From contig MU057987.1 in the NCBI GenBank assembly GCA_013265495.1, positions 186,001 to 250,000 on the forward strand: a stretch of DNA of 64,000 nucleotides, read 5' to 3'. Shown one piece after another: positions 1-11,275 of this stretch (within the stretch, counting starts at the first letter, position 1; every line of letters begins with the position of its first letter). The notes beneath the pieces were generated by a model, which ran no database searches, was not told the DNA's origin, and saw only the letters and a program-made list of their open reading frames with translations. The stretch comes from Vicugna vicugna (taxonomy: Eukaryota). Made by a program: the position numbers and the translations under genes.

Positions 1-885
1 ATGTTTAATAAATTCAAAAATAAAAATGCATAACTAACACACTCATAAATTGAGGTCAAACAAGCATTATCATTTTAATATGAATTATTAGCTGATAAAA
101 TTATTAGGAGGAAATTATTGCCTAAAAACAGACGAAACACTCCACAAAATGAAGGAATTTTAATTAACCCTGAAAATTTCAAAAGTAGCGCTATGTCATG
201 TATTTACTAAAAAAAAAGCTCATTGATGCTGTCATCATTTTGTACCAAAGGTCACTGTATGCAAATTTTTAAACTAAGTTTATTCTGACTATCCACTAAA
301 GAAGACAGTGAGAAGGAATTGTACGCCCACTCCAAATATTTTCTTTTGATTCTTTTAATAATCCCATCTCTTATTAGAAATCTTTCAAGAGATTTTTTTA
401 AAAAACCTTTTTATATGTCTATTTTGATATTTTTTAAGGGACTATAGTGTTTTTATTGATAGGAAGCTGTAGATTTTGTTTCAAAAAAAGGCTTGTTTAT
501 TATTTCTTGAGTTTTATCATCTGTAGATAAAACTGCCTGAATCGATATCAATACTCGCACATTTGTATTCCACTCATTTGAAATATCTTTGAACTGAAGG
601 GTGAGTCATTATTGCAACAGAAGCCCTCCCACACCACAATCTGTTGTCATCTGCTCGTGCGGACCACTCCAGAGTGTACATGCGGCTTTGTTTCTTTTCC
701 ATATGAATTGAAGAACTGAATTTTTTATCTTGATTTCAAAATATCGATGCTTCCAATTTCAGATTATTTTTATTAGTACAGTGATAGTGTAATACCAACA
801 GAAATCATTTTGCTTCTTAAAAATAGCAGATAAACCGTAATCCTGGGTACAGAAGAATCAGTATTGCTAACCTGTCCGATCATCC
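1..885. mobile_element. Possible decayed ancient DNA-transposon relic (family uncertain), running off the window's left edge
   Basis: AT-rich, non-coding and unlike L1/L2/MIR. It ends ...CTGTCCGATCATCC followed by TTAA (886-889). The other terminus is not in the window. Confidence 0.25.
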
Positions 886-1546
886 TTAACCTCTATGATC
901 AAAAGGAACAAACTTTGTAAAGATGTAGGAGAAGATTCCAGAAGAACAAAAGCAAGTGATGAAGTTCTGAGGTGAAAACTAGCAAGGACATAAGTGTGCC
1001 CGAAGAGCCATTAAAAAGAAGGAGGTTAGGGTCTTCCACTTACAAGCAGGAGATGAGACAAAGGGGGCCTGATGGGTTCAAGTAAATAGTTTGGATCTTA
1101 TTCTAACTATTCTCTTTGCTTATAATCTAACTGATTATGATATGGCATAAAGTTGAAATAAAGATAAAAATTATTAAATACATTAATTATGACTTTTTAT
1201 AACAACAGATAGGATTTTTTTTAATGGAAGAAATAACCACAATGCAAACAAGTTTTCTCTAGGCAGGAGATCATGCATGTTCATAACTGTACTTTTCTCA
1301 CGTTAAAATTTTTCTTATCAGTATGTATTGTTTTATAATGGAAAAGCAAATCTTTTTTACAAATCCATGATACTTTCACTCAAATTCCAGGGAAAACTTT
1401 TAAACAGATTAACTACCCCTGGCAGAATTCTTCTATTAAGAGTCTGCCATGAAAAAGATAAGTGGGAAATGCAAAACAGACAGAGAGATTGATGAGGCAA
1501 CAGAAAAAAATCCAAAGACGCTTGGAGCTTGGTCAGGGTCCCATCG

Positions 1547-1845
1547 CAGCAAATTCCCCACGTGTGTTCTGAAGAGCTCTTGCTCCAGGAGATGGAAATA
1601 CATGCTCCATGAACATAGCTCTTAGGGGCAGTTCTCTATGGGAAACTGCATCGTCATCTAGCCCCCTTTTGGAAACGTCTAAGATACATTCACAGGTACA
1701 ATCTTTTGAACAACCCAGGAGTAATTAACACTGAGAAAGTTTTTCCTGAACTTTTTTTTTTTAAACCATTGATAACGTAGCTGTTTTTCTTTCATAACAC
1801 TTTGGTGACTGCTTCCTAGGAACACAAATTTGGGGAACATCGCCC
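1547..1845. mobile_element. hAT-Charlie-type non-autonomous DNA transposon (MITE)
   Basis: Degenerate terminal inverted repeats about 300 bp apart: CAGCAAATTCCCCACGTGTGTTC at left and GAACACAAATTTGGGGAACATCG at right. Confidence 0.55.
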
Positions 1846-2546
1846 TGCAGAAAGGTCACACCCTCATGCAACCATCTTATTATGTAGCCTGTGGATGTAA
1901 CTAAATGGCAGATCAGGAGTCTGACCATAGACACAAGCTTGATCAGTGATGGAGGCAAGTCTCTACTAAAACTCGATCTTTATTCTTAAGCCCTTAAAAG
2001 ACTAAGATGTATTTAAATTCAAGTCGATAAAAATATTTGAGTAGGACCCCCCCTTCTCAGTACCAAGAACCCAATATAGTAAGATACAGGGGAGTAGATT
2101 CAATCAGGAGAATGGAAATTGTGAATGGAACAGTCACGAGATCAGGGTGGGCTTTAGTCATCTTACACAATGGTTCTAGCTTTCTTCTCAATTCTCTGAA
2201 GCCGTAAGCCTCCCCTCACCATCCTCCAATTTTGGTTAAGCTTCACAAGCTGCAGTGATGTCTACCCTGCCCTCCATAATGTCAGTGAATTACTATCAAT
2301 CCTTCATTGTCTGCTGGTCTAAAAGAGTTATTAGTCGAAAAGATGAATATATTGCCAATTTGCCATTTTCCCCAGCTTCCCTTTGCCTTTGTTAATGACT
2401 TCTTAACACCCAGAAATAGCTGCATGTGTGTGGGTGTGTGCACGTCTGTGAGCTGCACACCTGTGTGTGCTTACGGGTACTCACATCTAACGGTCTTCTT
2501 CATTACGGTGTCTCCCTTTTTTGTGTGCTTATCATGATCTTCTCAG

Positions 2547-2556
2547 CCAGAACCAT
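2547..2556 (+). CDS. Candidate microexon (10 nt CCAGAACCAT, or 6 nt AACCAT from the AG at 2549-2550) of an unidentified host gene
   Basis: TGCATG 2421-2426; CTAAC 2487-2491; no AG from 2453 to 2544; pyrimidine tract; TGC 2526-2528; CAG acceptor 2544-2546; strong donor CAT|GTAAGT at 2557. Confidence 0.45.
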
Positions 2557-2979
2557 GTAAGTAAGCCTCCACATTTTCTTTTAGGAAATAGTTTTGCAAT
2601 TTCATTTTTTAATATTTATATGTCAAATCAGCGTGGAACTTATGTGGATGATGATGTGAGTCAGGGATGGAACATCACTAATTACTGAATAGTCTTGGCT
2701 CTTACTTAATTTGCACATTTTTACTGAAGCCACCCAGAGCACGCACTGTATCATGGTTTTATTTCTCTTGTGATTTAATGGTGGAACTAAGAGCGCTGAA
2801 AGAAGCATAATCAGTCAAGTGGTAGCAGGGAACCTGCCCAGGTGGTTTCCACATGTTACTTCAAGCAAATAGGCTTGTACAGTCTGAAGCTACCAACATA
2901 CAACTCCGAGAAACAGCTGGGTTTTATTTGGGGTTGGTTTGGGGTTTTTTTTTCAGTCTAAAAGGAATTTTTTTTTCAG

Positions 2980-3002
2980 ATGCAGATTGTGACGAGGATT
3001 AA
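2980..3002 (+). CDS. Candidate terminal coding exon: (Y/D)ADCDED*, followed by AT-rich 3'UTR-like sequence
   Basis: T9-CAG acceptor ending at 2979. The phase-1 frame reads AT GCA GAT TGT GAC GAG GAT TAA. Spliced to the upstream microexon it reads CCA GAA CCA TAT GCA... = PEPYADCDED*. Confidence 0.3.
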
Positions 3003-4084
3003 TAAAAATTGTCATCACTTTCAAATCCAAATAGGGAATAACTAACTGCTAAGCCAGGACAGCCTGTAAGAAGAGACTTGAAGTGCTTTCTAATATGTCA
3101 CAGTAATACATGAAAACTATCAACTACAAAAGGTGGCGTGCATCTGAGACTGAATTTTTTTTTTAATATGAGCTTTTAAGTATAATTCAGTACTTTTTTT
3201 TAACTTATGTAGGATTTCCTTAAACTTTTTGGGGTATTGCCATCAAGAATGAGTAAATCAATCCATTCTCATAATTAGAAGCCACTCATTCCTCAGCTGA
3301 GTGTTTCAAAACATCAGAGGAATTTGATATCAAAAACCATTTTGAAAACTCATTTGTGCTTTCATCATTTTATGGGTGGAACAGATGATCAAATATCTGA
3401 TAGCAGTTCTGCCGTTCTGTGGTTTTACTTCACTTATTTCTCTCATTTGCTCCCCTTTTCTTGCACAGAGCAGGAAAAACAGAATCATAATCACAGTACG
3501 TGCAAACTGACAGCACAGGGCTTTCTTTTGGGAAAACATGCTCTTTAGAGTCTTGGGTTGGACAATACAATGAAACCAATGTATTCGCCAAGTTGAGATT
3601 TTAAAAATTACCATGCCGAATGTTAAGATGGTAAACATGAGGTGACATCCCTGAGAAGTTGAAAAAGGAGATATGTGTTAACACTAGTGGAACGTTGACC
3701 CTAGTGTATTTCTGTCTTCCACTCTGTTTGATTACTTTAGATATAGAAATACACCACTAGGCAAAGCCAAAAAGGCTCAATTCGAGTTCTGATAAGATCA
3801 CTGCTTTTCCCATTGATGATAAAGTGTGAGGATGTCTCAAAATTTCTAACCGGGAAAAGAAGGAACATTTAGATATTACGGAGAGACAGCCATAGACCCT
3901 AAGGAAATGCAGGTGAGAAATCTATTATCATAGTTTGCTTTCACGGATGAATTTAAATACATTTTATTAAGACCACTATAGTTTAGCTATTGATGTATTC
4001 TGTTCACAGATTAGGGACTCCAACTACAGAGCAGAAGCCTCTAGAAAAGAGCCTCAGATGAAAAACCAAATGATTATGGTGGAT

Positions 4085-4215
4085 GAGGTCTTATAGATCA
4101 TCTGACCCAATCCTCTAATTTTACAGTTGAAGAAAACGGAAGCCAAAAAAAGGTTAAGTAACTTATTCAAGGTCACACCGCTAATTATTGGCAGAGTTGG
4201 AAGCCAACAGGTCTC
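4085..4215 (-). mobile_element. MIR SINE fragment
   Basis: Antisense MIR core ATTTTACAGTTGAAGAAAACGGAAGCC...GGTTAAGTAACTTATTCAAGGTCACAC. Confidence 0.75.
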
Positions 4216-4229
4216 TATTTTATTCTTCT

Positions 4230-4395
4230 GATGAGCTCTGTGACATAAACCGAATACTGAATCTCTCAGTATTTTATCTGCCTCCATTATAAAATGGAGT
4301 TAATGCCCCCTGGTTCTTCCACCTTTCATAAGCACATTGCCAGAGTTTGTGTGAGTCATGAGTAATGTACTTCAGCTTCTGTGAAAAGCAAATTA
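4230..4395 (+). mobile_element. MIR SINE fragment (diverged)
   Basis: GCTCTGTGAC...ATCTCTCAG...TATAAAATGGAGTTAAT resembles the sense MIR core. Confidence 0.45.
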
Positions 4396-4405
4396 GTCAT
4401 TACTG

Positions 4406-4924
4406 TTCTCTCAGTTAGGATTCTTCGGTGACAAGCAACAGAAAACACACACAGTTTACCTACGCAAACGGGGAGTTGACCAGAACGATGCAAGGGGACT
4501 CAGAGACTGAAAAGGGATATTGATCCCTGGCCTAGCTGAGATGAGGATGAGGGTGCCGGACAAAGTGCTGGAAAGGGAAACGGCTCCTCAGTCTCACCTA
4601 CCGCCAACACTGGGATGAGTCTCCTCCAGTTGTTCCTTCCTACAGGCAATCTCGGCCGGGGACCCAGAATTGTGGAAGAGAGACTCCACTGGCTCAGATA
4701 AGATCACAAACTTACCGCCTTTGCCCCAACAGAGCAGCGAGAGAGATCTATCACAGAGAGCTTTCCAAGCCCTGTCCGCTTCCTTAGAAAGAGGAAAGGG
4801 CACCTCAGCTACCGGCCTGCCAAGACGACACACAAGGAAGGAAATGTATGTCCCCCGCAAAGGAAACAGAGATGCCCTTAGGAAGAGGAAATCACGTACA
4901 GATGAAATAATCAGTGCCTACTAT
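4406..4924 (-). mobile_element. MaLR solo LTR (MLT1K/L-like)
   Basis: TCAGTTAGGATTCTTCGGTGACAAGCAACAGAAAAC matches the antisense MLT1 3' end; the far end is ...AGTGCCTACTATG. Confidence 0.65.
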
Positions 4925-5639
4925 GACCACCCCCTGCATGTTGACTGCTGAACTTTGCATTTGATAATACAGCCCTGGAAATAAAAACTACAGACTTAGA
5001 CCACGTGTCCTTGATGTAAAAGGGCAATGCGGTGTTGTGCTGATGGTCAGCGCAGGACACTCAGCCAATGAATCAAGTTAGCCACCTAAGAGAGCCCGCG
5101 TCACTGAATGAACTTTTTCATTTTGCTGATTATGTAGGCATAACCTGCTTTGGTGACTCTTTTAGTACAGCTACCAGTGTTAGCTAGGATTTAAGTGATA
5201 AAGGAAAATGTTTCCATCTGAATTTAGATCTAGATGGTAAGTCCAGCACCTGTTCATCAAGAAGCCAGTACACTCTGATCTCTTACCAACCTAACTGGAC
5301 ACACATCTCAAAGTATCTCCTAGACCCGGAAAATGTGAGAGCGAACCATCCTCACATTAGGTTCAGAGAGCTCACTTCCCCAGGACAGCAGCAGCCATAA
5401 CTAAATAGGAAGACTGAGGATCTTAGCCAAACTCTCTCCCATCCCTGGCTTAAATTTTCTTGCCTTCCAGGAAAAAAGCATTTTTTTTTAGATATGAATG
5501 ACACTGCGAATGCATTTTTCTTAAAAATATGTATGCACAAATTTGAAAATCTTAAACTAAGTAATAGTTAAAAGGCAGGGTGGAGGAGGGTCAAAGGTAT
5601 ATTTATCTTTAAATGTTGTGTAAAGTTTCCTCCACCATT

Positions 5640-6302
5640 TGGCTCCAACTCATTTCCAAATCCCACTCTACTCAGGGCACCGTCCAGCGTGATCTTGCAA
5701 AATAGACAAGATCATGTTACTCCTCCAGATGACACTCTTTACTGGCTCCTCAAAACCTCCAGGTCAGCGTGCAACTTCCTTCACACCAGGGCCAGCTCTC
5801 CGCTGGCCTCCCGGCCTCCTGCCCCCACTGGCCACCGTGACGTGCTCTGCAATCAACCATGCACAACTACTTGACGTCTCCAAAACTTGTCACTGAACTT
5901 CTCATTTCCACTTCCTGCTCGATAACTCCTTTCCTCCTCATGTTGTTAATACCCCTCCTTCCTGTCCCCACCCCAGTTACCACTCCCGATCCACATCCCT
6001 TAGATTAACTTTGTTTAATGTGGAATTTTTGGCTCAAGGGTCTCCCCTTTCAGAACTTCTCCTGAACCTTCCAGTTTCAGATAAAAGACCCTCTGTCTGT
6101 CCTGGTAACCACGCCCTCTGCAGGGCTGCATCCTCAGCGCTCTCATTATTACGCTGTGCTCTCTTACGTATTTATGAATTGAATTCCTTCATTAAACTGT
6201 GAGCTCCTGGAACCACAAGGAGTACGTCTTATTCCTTTTCATACTTCCAGTATCTGACACAGTATCTGACACAAACTATGTGACAAATACATATTTATTA
6301 AA
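5640..6302 (+). mobile_element. L2 LINE 3' fragment
   Basis: GTGATCTTGCAAAATAGACAAGATCATGTTACTCC motif; typical L2 tail AAACTGTGAGCTCCTGGA...CAGTATCTGACACA...ATATTTATT. Confidence 0.75.
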
Positions 6303-9300
6303 GGCAACAAAAGCACCGCCTTACAGCCAAGGAGGCATCATCGTTATGCCCATCCTCACCTTTTGCGATGACTGGAAATAGGGATTATCATCCTTCTGTT
6401 ACCCCCATGCTGAGAAAGGGATAAGTCCATCTTCTCCGCCTAAAGACAAAATGACGAGGGGGGATTCTGCCGTCACTGCACGCCAGACGAGGCTGGAGCG
6501 CAGTTCTCCAGTCGTCCGGCCTCCTACCTGGATCGGGTGATGACTCTCAGCTTTTCATTCGGTGTGAAGGCCTTAGAAGGCTTATTTCACAGGCAGGCAG
6601 GGGAAGATTTGAAAAGCACTGGCTTGGACTCTTATCAAGTCTATTTGATAGAGAAACTGGAGGGTGCAAAATCAGAGAGCTCAGTCTGCTCTCCTTGTGA
6701 TTTGATGTGACGGTTTCCGAGTGAAAAGCAAAGGACGGAGGTGAGGGCAGGTAGCGCCTGGTACTTTTCAGCAGCAGGGACGCTGGGGCCCATTGGGCGC
6801 TAAGGGCTCCAAACGGAACACGGATGAAGGAACACTTTTCCCGTGACGCCTGCAACCGGGTGAGAAGATGGAACTGATGGAGCAGGACGGAAGGAAGGAG
6901 CTATATTGCAATTGTAAAGGCTTCTCATATTTAGATCTATATTATTTTTCTTAGACTTACTAATAGCGTTGGTGAGGCTGAGGCAAGATGAGGCCAGCTG
7001 CATGATCTCATTCCTGGGTCCTGGCTATTATGACCGCCAGCGTTGCTGTCAGGAGCTGGGGGCGCTTTTGTTCGCATGCAACTCAAGAGAATTTCTCCTT
7101 TCTTGTCACAGGCAGCTGGTCCAGAGCTTCACACAGTACAGAATATTTGTAAAAGCTGGCATCTTTTGGATTTTTCCATCTATAGCCCATTTGAAAAGCT
7201 GGCATTTACAATTCCCCGAAGTATCCATCTCTAATGAAAACAATGTCAGAGCCTTCAGCACTTTGGCATTTTCTGGACACACTATAAATATACACGATAT
7301 AGTTTATCACGTACTGCATGTTAGAGCACAGGGGCAGAGAACAAGCACCAGGGAAAATGGTTTGAGGCAATTCTTTCAACGTATTTTTGAAGGCCATTTC
7401 AAATGACGCCCCCGTCCTTGAACTCCCTGGTGACCATTTTAACAGCAACAAGGACCATTTGGTAACCGGCGGGGACTGCAGGTTGCATTAGGCTGTAGCT
7501 GATAGAAAGTCTACTGTCCTTTGTTACTAAGGACACTGTATTCTAGCCGATTATAAAGATGTTTAAAGCTTTCTTAGCACCATATCCCTAAAACTTCACA
7601 ATGCTGTGAAGTATTTCTGCATAGACTTTATCATTAAACCGTTTATCGAACTTCTGATAGTCCTTGCATTTAACCACCTCCTTGACTGTTGATGTGATAA
7701 CAGAAATCCTGGGCAGAAACCTTGGTCAACGAGAGGCATCTGTCAGGACTGGGTACCACAGATGGCTCCCCAGATGAACACTGCCTCATCTCCTCACCCA
7801 GTTGTCCCCACTGTACCGCAACTCACTTCATTATCTGCTCGGGTGATTCCTGCAACCAGAAAATACAAGGCAAGACTCCTGGGGGCAGACACACTCTTAG
7901 GAAAATAATTTTAGTCCCACCTCCAATCTTTCCCCCCAGCTTTTTGAAACTTCAAAACCAGCTGAGCAGGCTGGTGATAGTTCAGGCTGGATGGCTGCCA
8001 CGCAGGGATCGCAGTGTAAGAACACGGCCCAGAGTTCTTTTGATTTGCCAGCATCTATCAATTATCAGACAGCTTATCAGGGAGCTGCCGCTTGGGGGAT
8101 ACCCCTTTATATGACAAAGGAGGCTCAGCTCGTCCCGGATACATTCATGGGCTGGCTGACGCCTCTGTGTGCACCAGATCAAGGTGTGGCCCTGCTGGCG
8201 GATACTAGGGGAGAACTCAGCCAAAAGAGCCACACGTGTGTGTCGCCATGGAAGCGACGTCTTGACAGGGCGGTCCCTGTAAAAGTGAAATGTTTAATGA
8301 TGAATAATTTTGTTTGAAGCTCTTCTGACTCCACGTTTTCACAGAAAATGAAACCACGGGAGGCATGAAAATCTCAAAAGGGCCTTTATACATAGATTAG
8401 TGTGGTAATTCTCTCATTACTATGTTCTGAGGAAGAGCTTCTTACACCAGGCTCTGTGCTTTGCCTTCCGTTATAACATGGCTTTGCATTAAGTGTTTTA
8501 ATAAAATGTGAAATTAAATGATCATCCCTGGTGATACTCAGCTTTCGGTCGAGGTAAGGGAAAACGTACTTCCACAGCACATGAAAGCCAAAGAGATGAT
8601 TTTGTCCCCAGTGACGAGATCGTTGGTCAAATGACATGGTTTCCCACGGGTCTGCGGCAATCCGTTAACTGGGAATTTGTTATTACTCTTTCCTGCACCT
8701 TTGAGGATTACGAATAATGTAGCCCATTTATAGCCATGGGAATATGCATGCTGTCAGAAGCCAACCAATTTAATTTATTCTTTTTTTTTTTGCACATTTA
8801 ACCAGGTAGCATTGGGGAAAGCAATTATTAACAGTGATAGTTTATGCCATTTTTAACTATCTGTGCTTCTCTCTGCTGTAAGAGTAACAGCAGAGAAATA
8901 GAAACTTCCAGAGTAACACTGATCTATTGACAGGTTTACACATTGATAACAAGAGACATAAACAATCAAGGGAGATGGAAAAATACGACTTTTTTGTAGA
9001 GAAAATGATGAAACCTCTTTTCATACGACTCATTTAATGAAACAGTCCTTCAAAACCACTGAGGTTTTTGTTTGTTTCTGAAGCAAGCAGTATTGACTGC
9101 AGAACAAGAAGCTGTCCCACCAGTGACGACAGGGAAGGAGCAAGAGCTCTTGGAAGCTGATTGCTCTTGTTGGGCACGACTACGCCAATTCTCTCTTCCA
9201 GAGACAAGGCAGGCTGAGGCTGACAAATTTAAAGGGCAACCGCTACATGTTAATTGCACTAATTCTCCAACGATGTCCCAGCTTGGCTGCCTCCTGAGGC

Positions 9301-9341
9301 TTCCGCTGCAGAAGACTCGCCTCTGAGACCAATTACCTGCA

Positions 9342-9569
9342 GTCATAGTTTAGAACTTGGGCTCTGAACTGAGACTCTCTAGATCTGAATCCTGGTTCTG
9401 CCACCTACGTCCTTGGGCAAGTTTCTTAACTGTCCTCCAGTTTCGTCTCTTTGTCTGTACATTGATCCTGTAAATTTCACACTCCCGTAAGAAGATGAAA
9501 TGAGATACTACGGATAAAGCACTTGGAACAGAACTCGGAACGTGGCAGGTGCTCAATCAGTGTTAGCTG
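9342..9569 (+). mobile_element. MIR SINE (near full length)
   Basis: TGAATCCTGGTTCTGCCACCTA..CCTTGGGCAAGTTTCTTAAC...AAAGCACTTGGAACAG...GGTGCTCAATCAGTGTTAGCT. Confidence 0.85.
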
Positions 9570-10193
9570 GTGTCAGACACAGAACCCCGAGTTCCCCCCA
9601 GAAACTTACAAACGCCGGTCCTTCCGTCTTTACTTTCACGACACATCATAACCATCATGTAGCTGGACAGTGGTGCTATTCTCCTAACTAACACCTACTC
9701 CTAATTAAGGAAGACCTGCAAGTTGTCACATGGAGCTCATCCTTTCTGGAACTGTCTGGAGTCCAATCTGTGTGATAAACACTAAACAAACTAAATTTCA
9801 TCAGCCTAGTCTCTCTGGGCCTTGGAGACATTTTCCGTTTTAGCAGAATCAGTAGTTTCTGCTCTCGGTGGAGCCGAAGCCAAGACCTAATGACTTTAGT
9901 GAAATTGCTCCCTGTGGTAGATTTCACATAAAGGTGCCTGATTTGCATCTTGCAGGTGAGAGGAAAGAAAATAATGATGAAAAATGCAAATAATTCTGTG
10001 TGGTTGTCACAAAAGCACTTCTTATTGTCTCCTTTTCCTTCTCCTAGGTACACGTTTGCACAATGTTATCAGGAGCTATTTGTAAAGGAAATTAACAAAT
10101 ACACAATCCAGTCCCGCACAAGAGGCAAAACTTACGGCTATGCTGTTTTCACTATGAGTTTAAAATCAGGGTCAGTCCTCTAGTGCACACGGG

Positions 10194-10216
10194 CACACAC
10201 ACACACACACACACAC
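10194..10216 (+). repeat. (CA)n microsatellite
   Basis: About 11 CA units, seen directly. Confidence 0.9.
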
Positions 10217-10291
10217 GGTTATCACATTATATGCCAAATACATATACCAACTGATCATGGGGCAAAGAAATTGGAATCTGCTGATCATAAA

Positions 10292-10463
10292 GCCATAGAA
10301 TATAGAAATCATCTAAGACAACAGACAGACTTTACAGATTTAAAACTGAACACTTGGCATCTAAAGATTGCTACGTATTGACGCAAGGTCAGAAAATAAA
10401 TTAAAGCCAGAGCTAGAACTAAAATTCACACTCTGGCCAGCTTCTACCACATCATCCTGCCTC
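10292..10463 (-). mobile_element. MIR SINE fragment
   Basis: TTTACAGATTTAAAACTGA...GCAAGGTCAG...GCCAGAGCTAGAAC...CTTCTACCACATCATCCTGCCTC. Confidence 0.55.
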
Positions 10464-11247
10464 TGTTGACAACATGACTCTGAACTTGTTTTCAATTATT
10501 CAGATAAATGCTGAGTAAAACCTTGTGAGGATCTGAGAACATACCCGATCTTTATTTCTTGACCCAGCATGCCAGAAGAAGGTCAGGTTGTTAATCTTGT
10601 ATTATTTCTTGATTAAATAATTGACATACAATTTACTTCTTTCTAGAGGGATTAATAGGTTTCTCTGGTGGTAAGAAGATATTTACACCAGAGTCTTAAA
10701 AATACTGAGTAGCATTACAGAAAACAAATCAACAAAAGTTCAAGTTACTTTAATCTATCCATCATACGCTAAGTCAGTCCCTTTCAAATTAAAAATTGCT
10801 AAGAACTATCCAGCTGGCAGTGATTGCCAATGTTTTAAATGCATGCCTTGTGTGAAACCATTGCTTCTCCTAAAAGAACAGTTTATTTTCTGCAAGACGA
10901 GGGCTTCTAATTTTGTTTGTTTTATTCAATTTTCATAGACTATAATCACCACATTACTGATACCTTCTGTATGGTAAATTTGTTTTCTCACCTTCCAATA
11001 ATATTTAGACATCTTTTATTTGTATTAAGCAAAGCACTAAAAGGAAACCCATGTCTTCATATATAATCAAAATCTAGTTATTCATCAATTAACTGGTTGG
11101 TTCTTAATCATGGTAACTTCGCCCATTGAAAAAGGGAAAGGGCTTTGGCTCAAAACCCACTGCTGCCACCTAGTGTTACTGGACAAGCACTGCCACCTCC
11201 TCCACTTTATCCCTCGTCTTTGTGTCAGAGACACCATCCTCTGTTTT

Positions 11248-11275
11248 GAGAGAGAGAGAGAGAGGGAGATGGAGA
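11248..11275 (+). repeat. (GA)n microsatellite
   Basis: GAGAGAGAGAGAGAGAGGGAGATGGAGA, seen directly. Confidence 0.85.

Noticed and set aside
6248..6273. 12-bp tandem repeat CAGTATCTGACA x2
   Set aside because: The L2 tail is natively quasi-duplicated at this position.
6969..8317. Cluster of 100-145 aa ORFs
   Set aside because: No recognisable domains, overlapping on both strands, and lengths expected by chance in locally GC-richer DNA.
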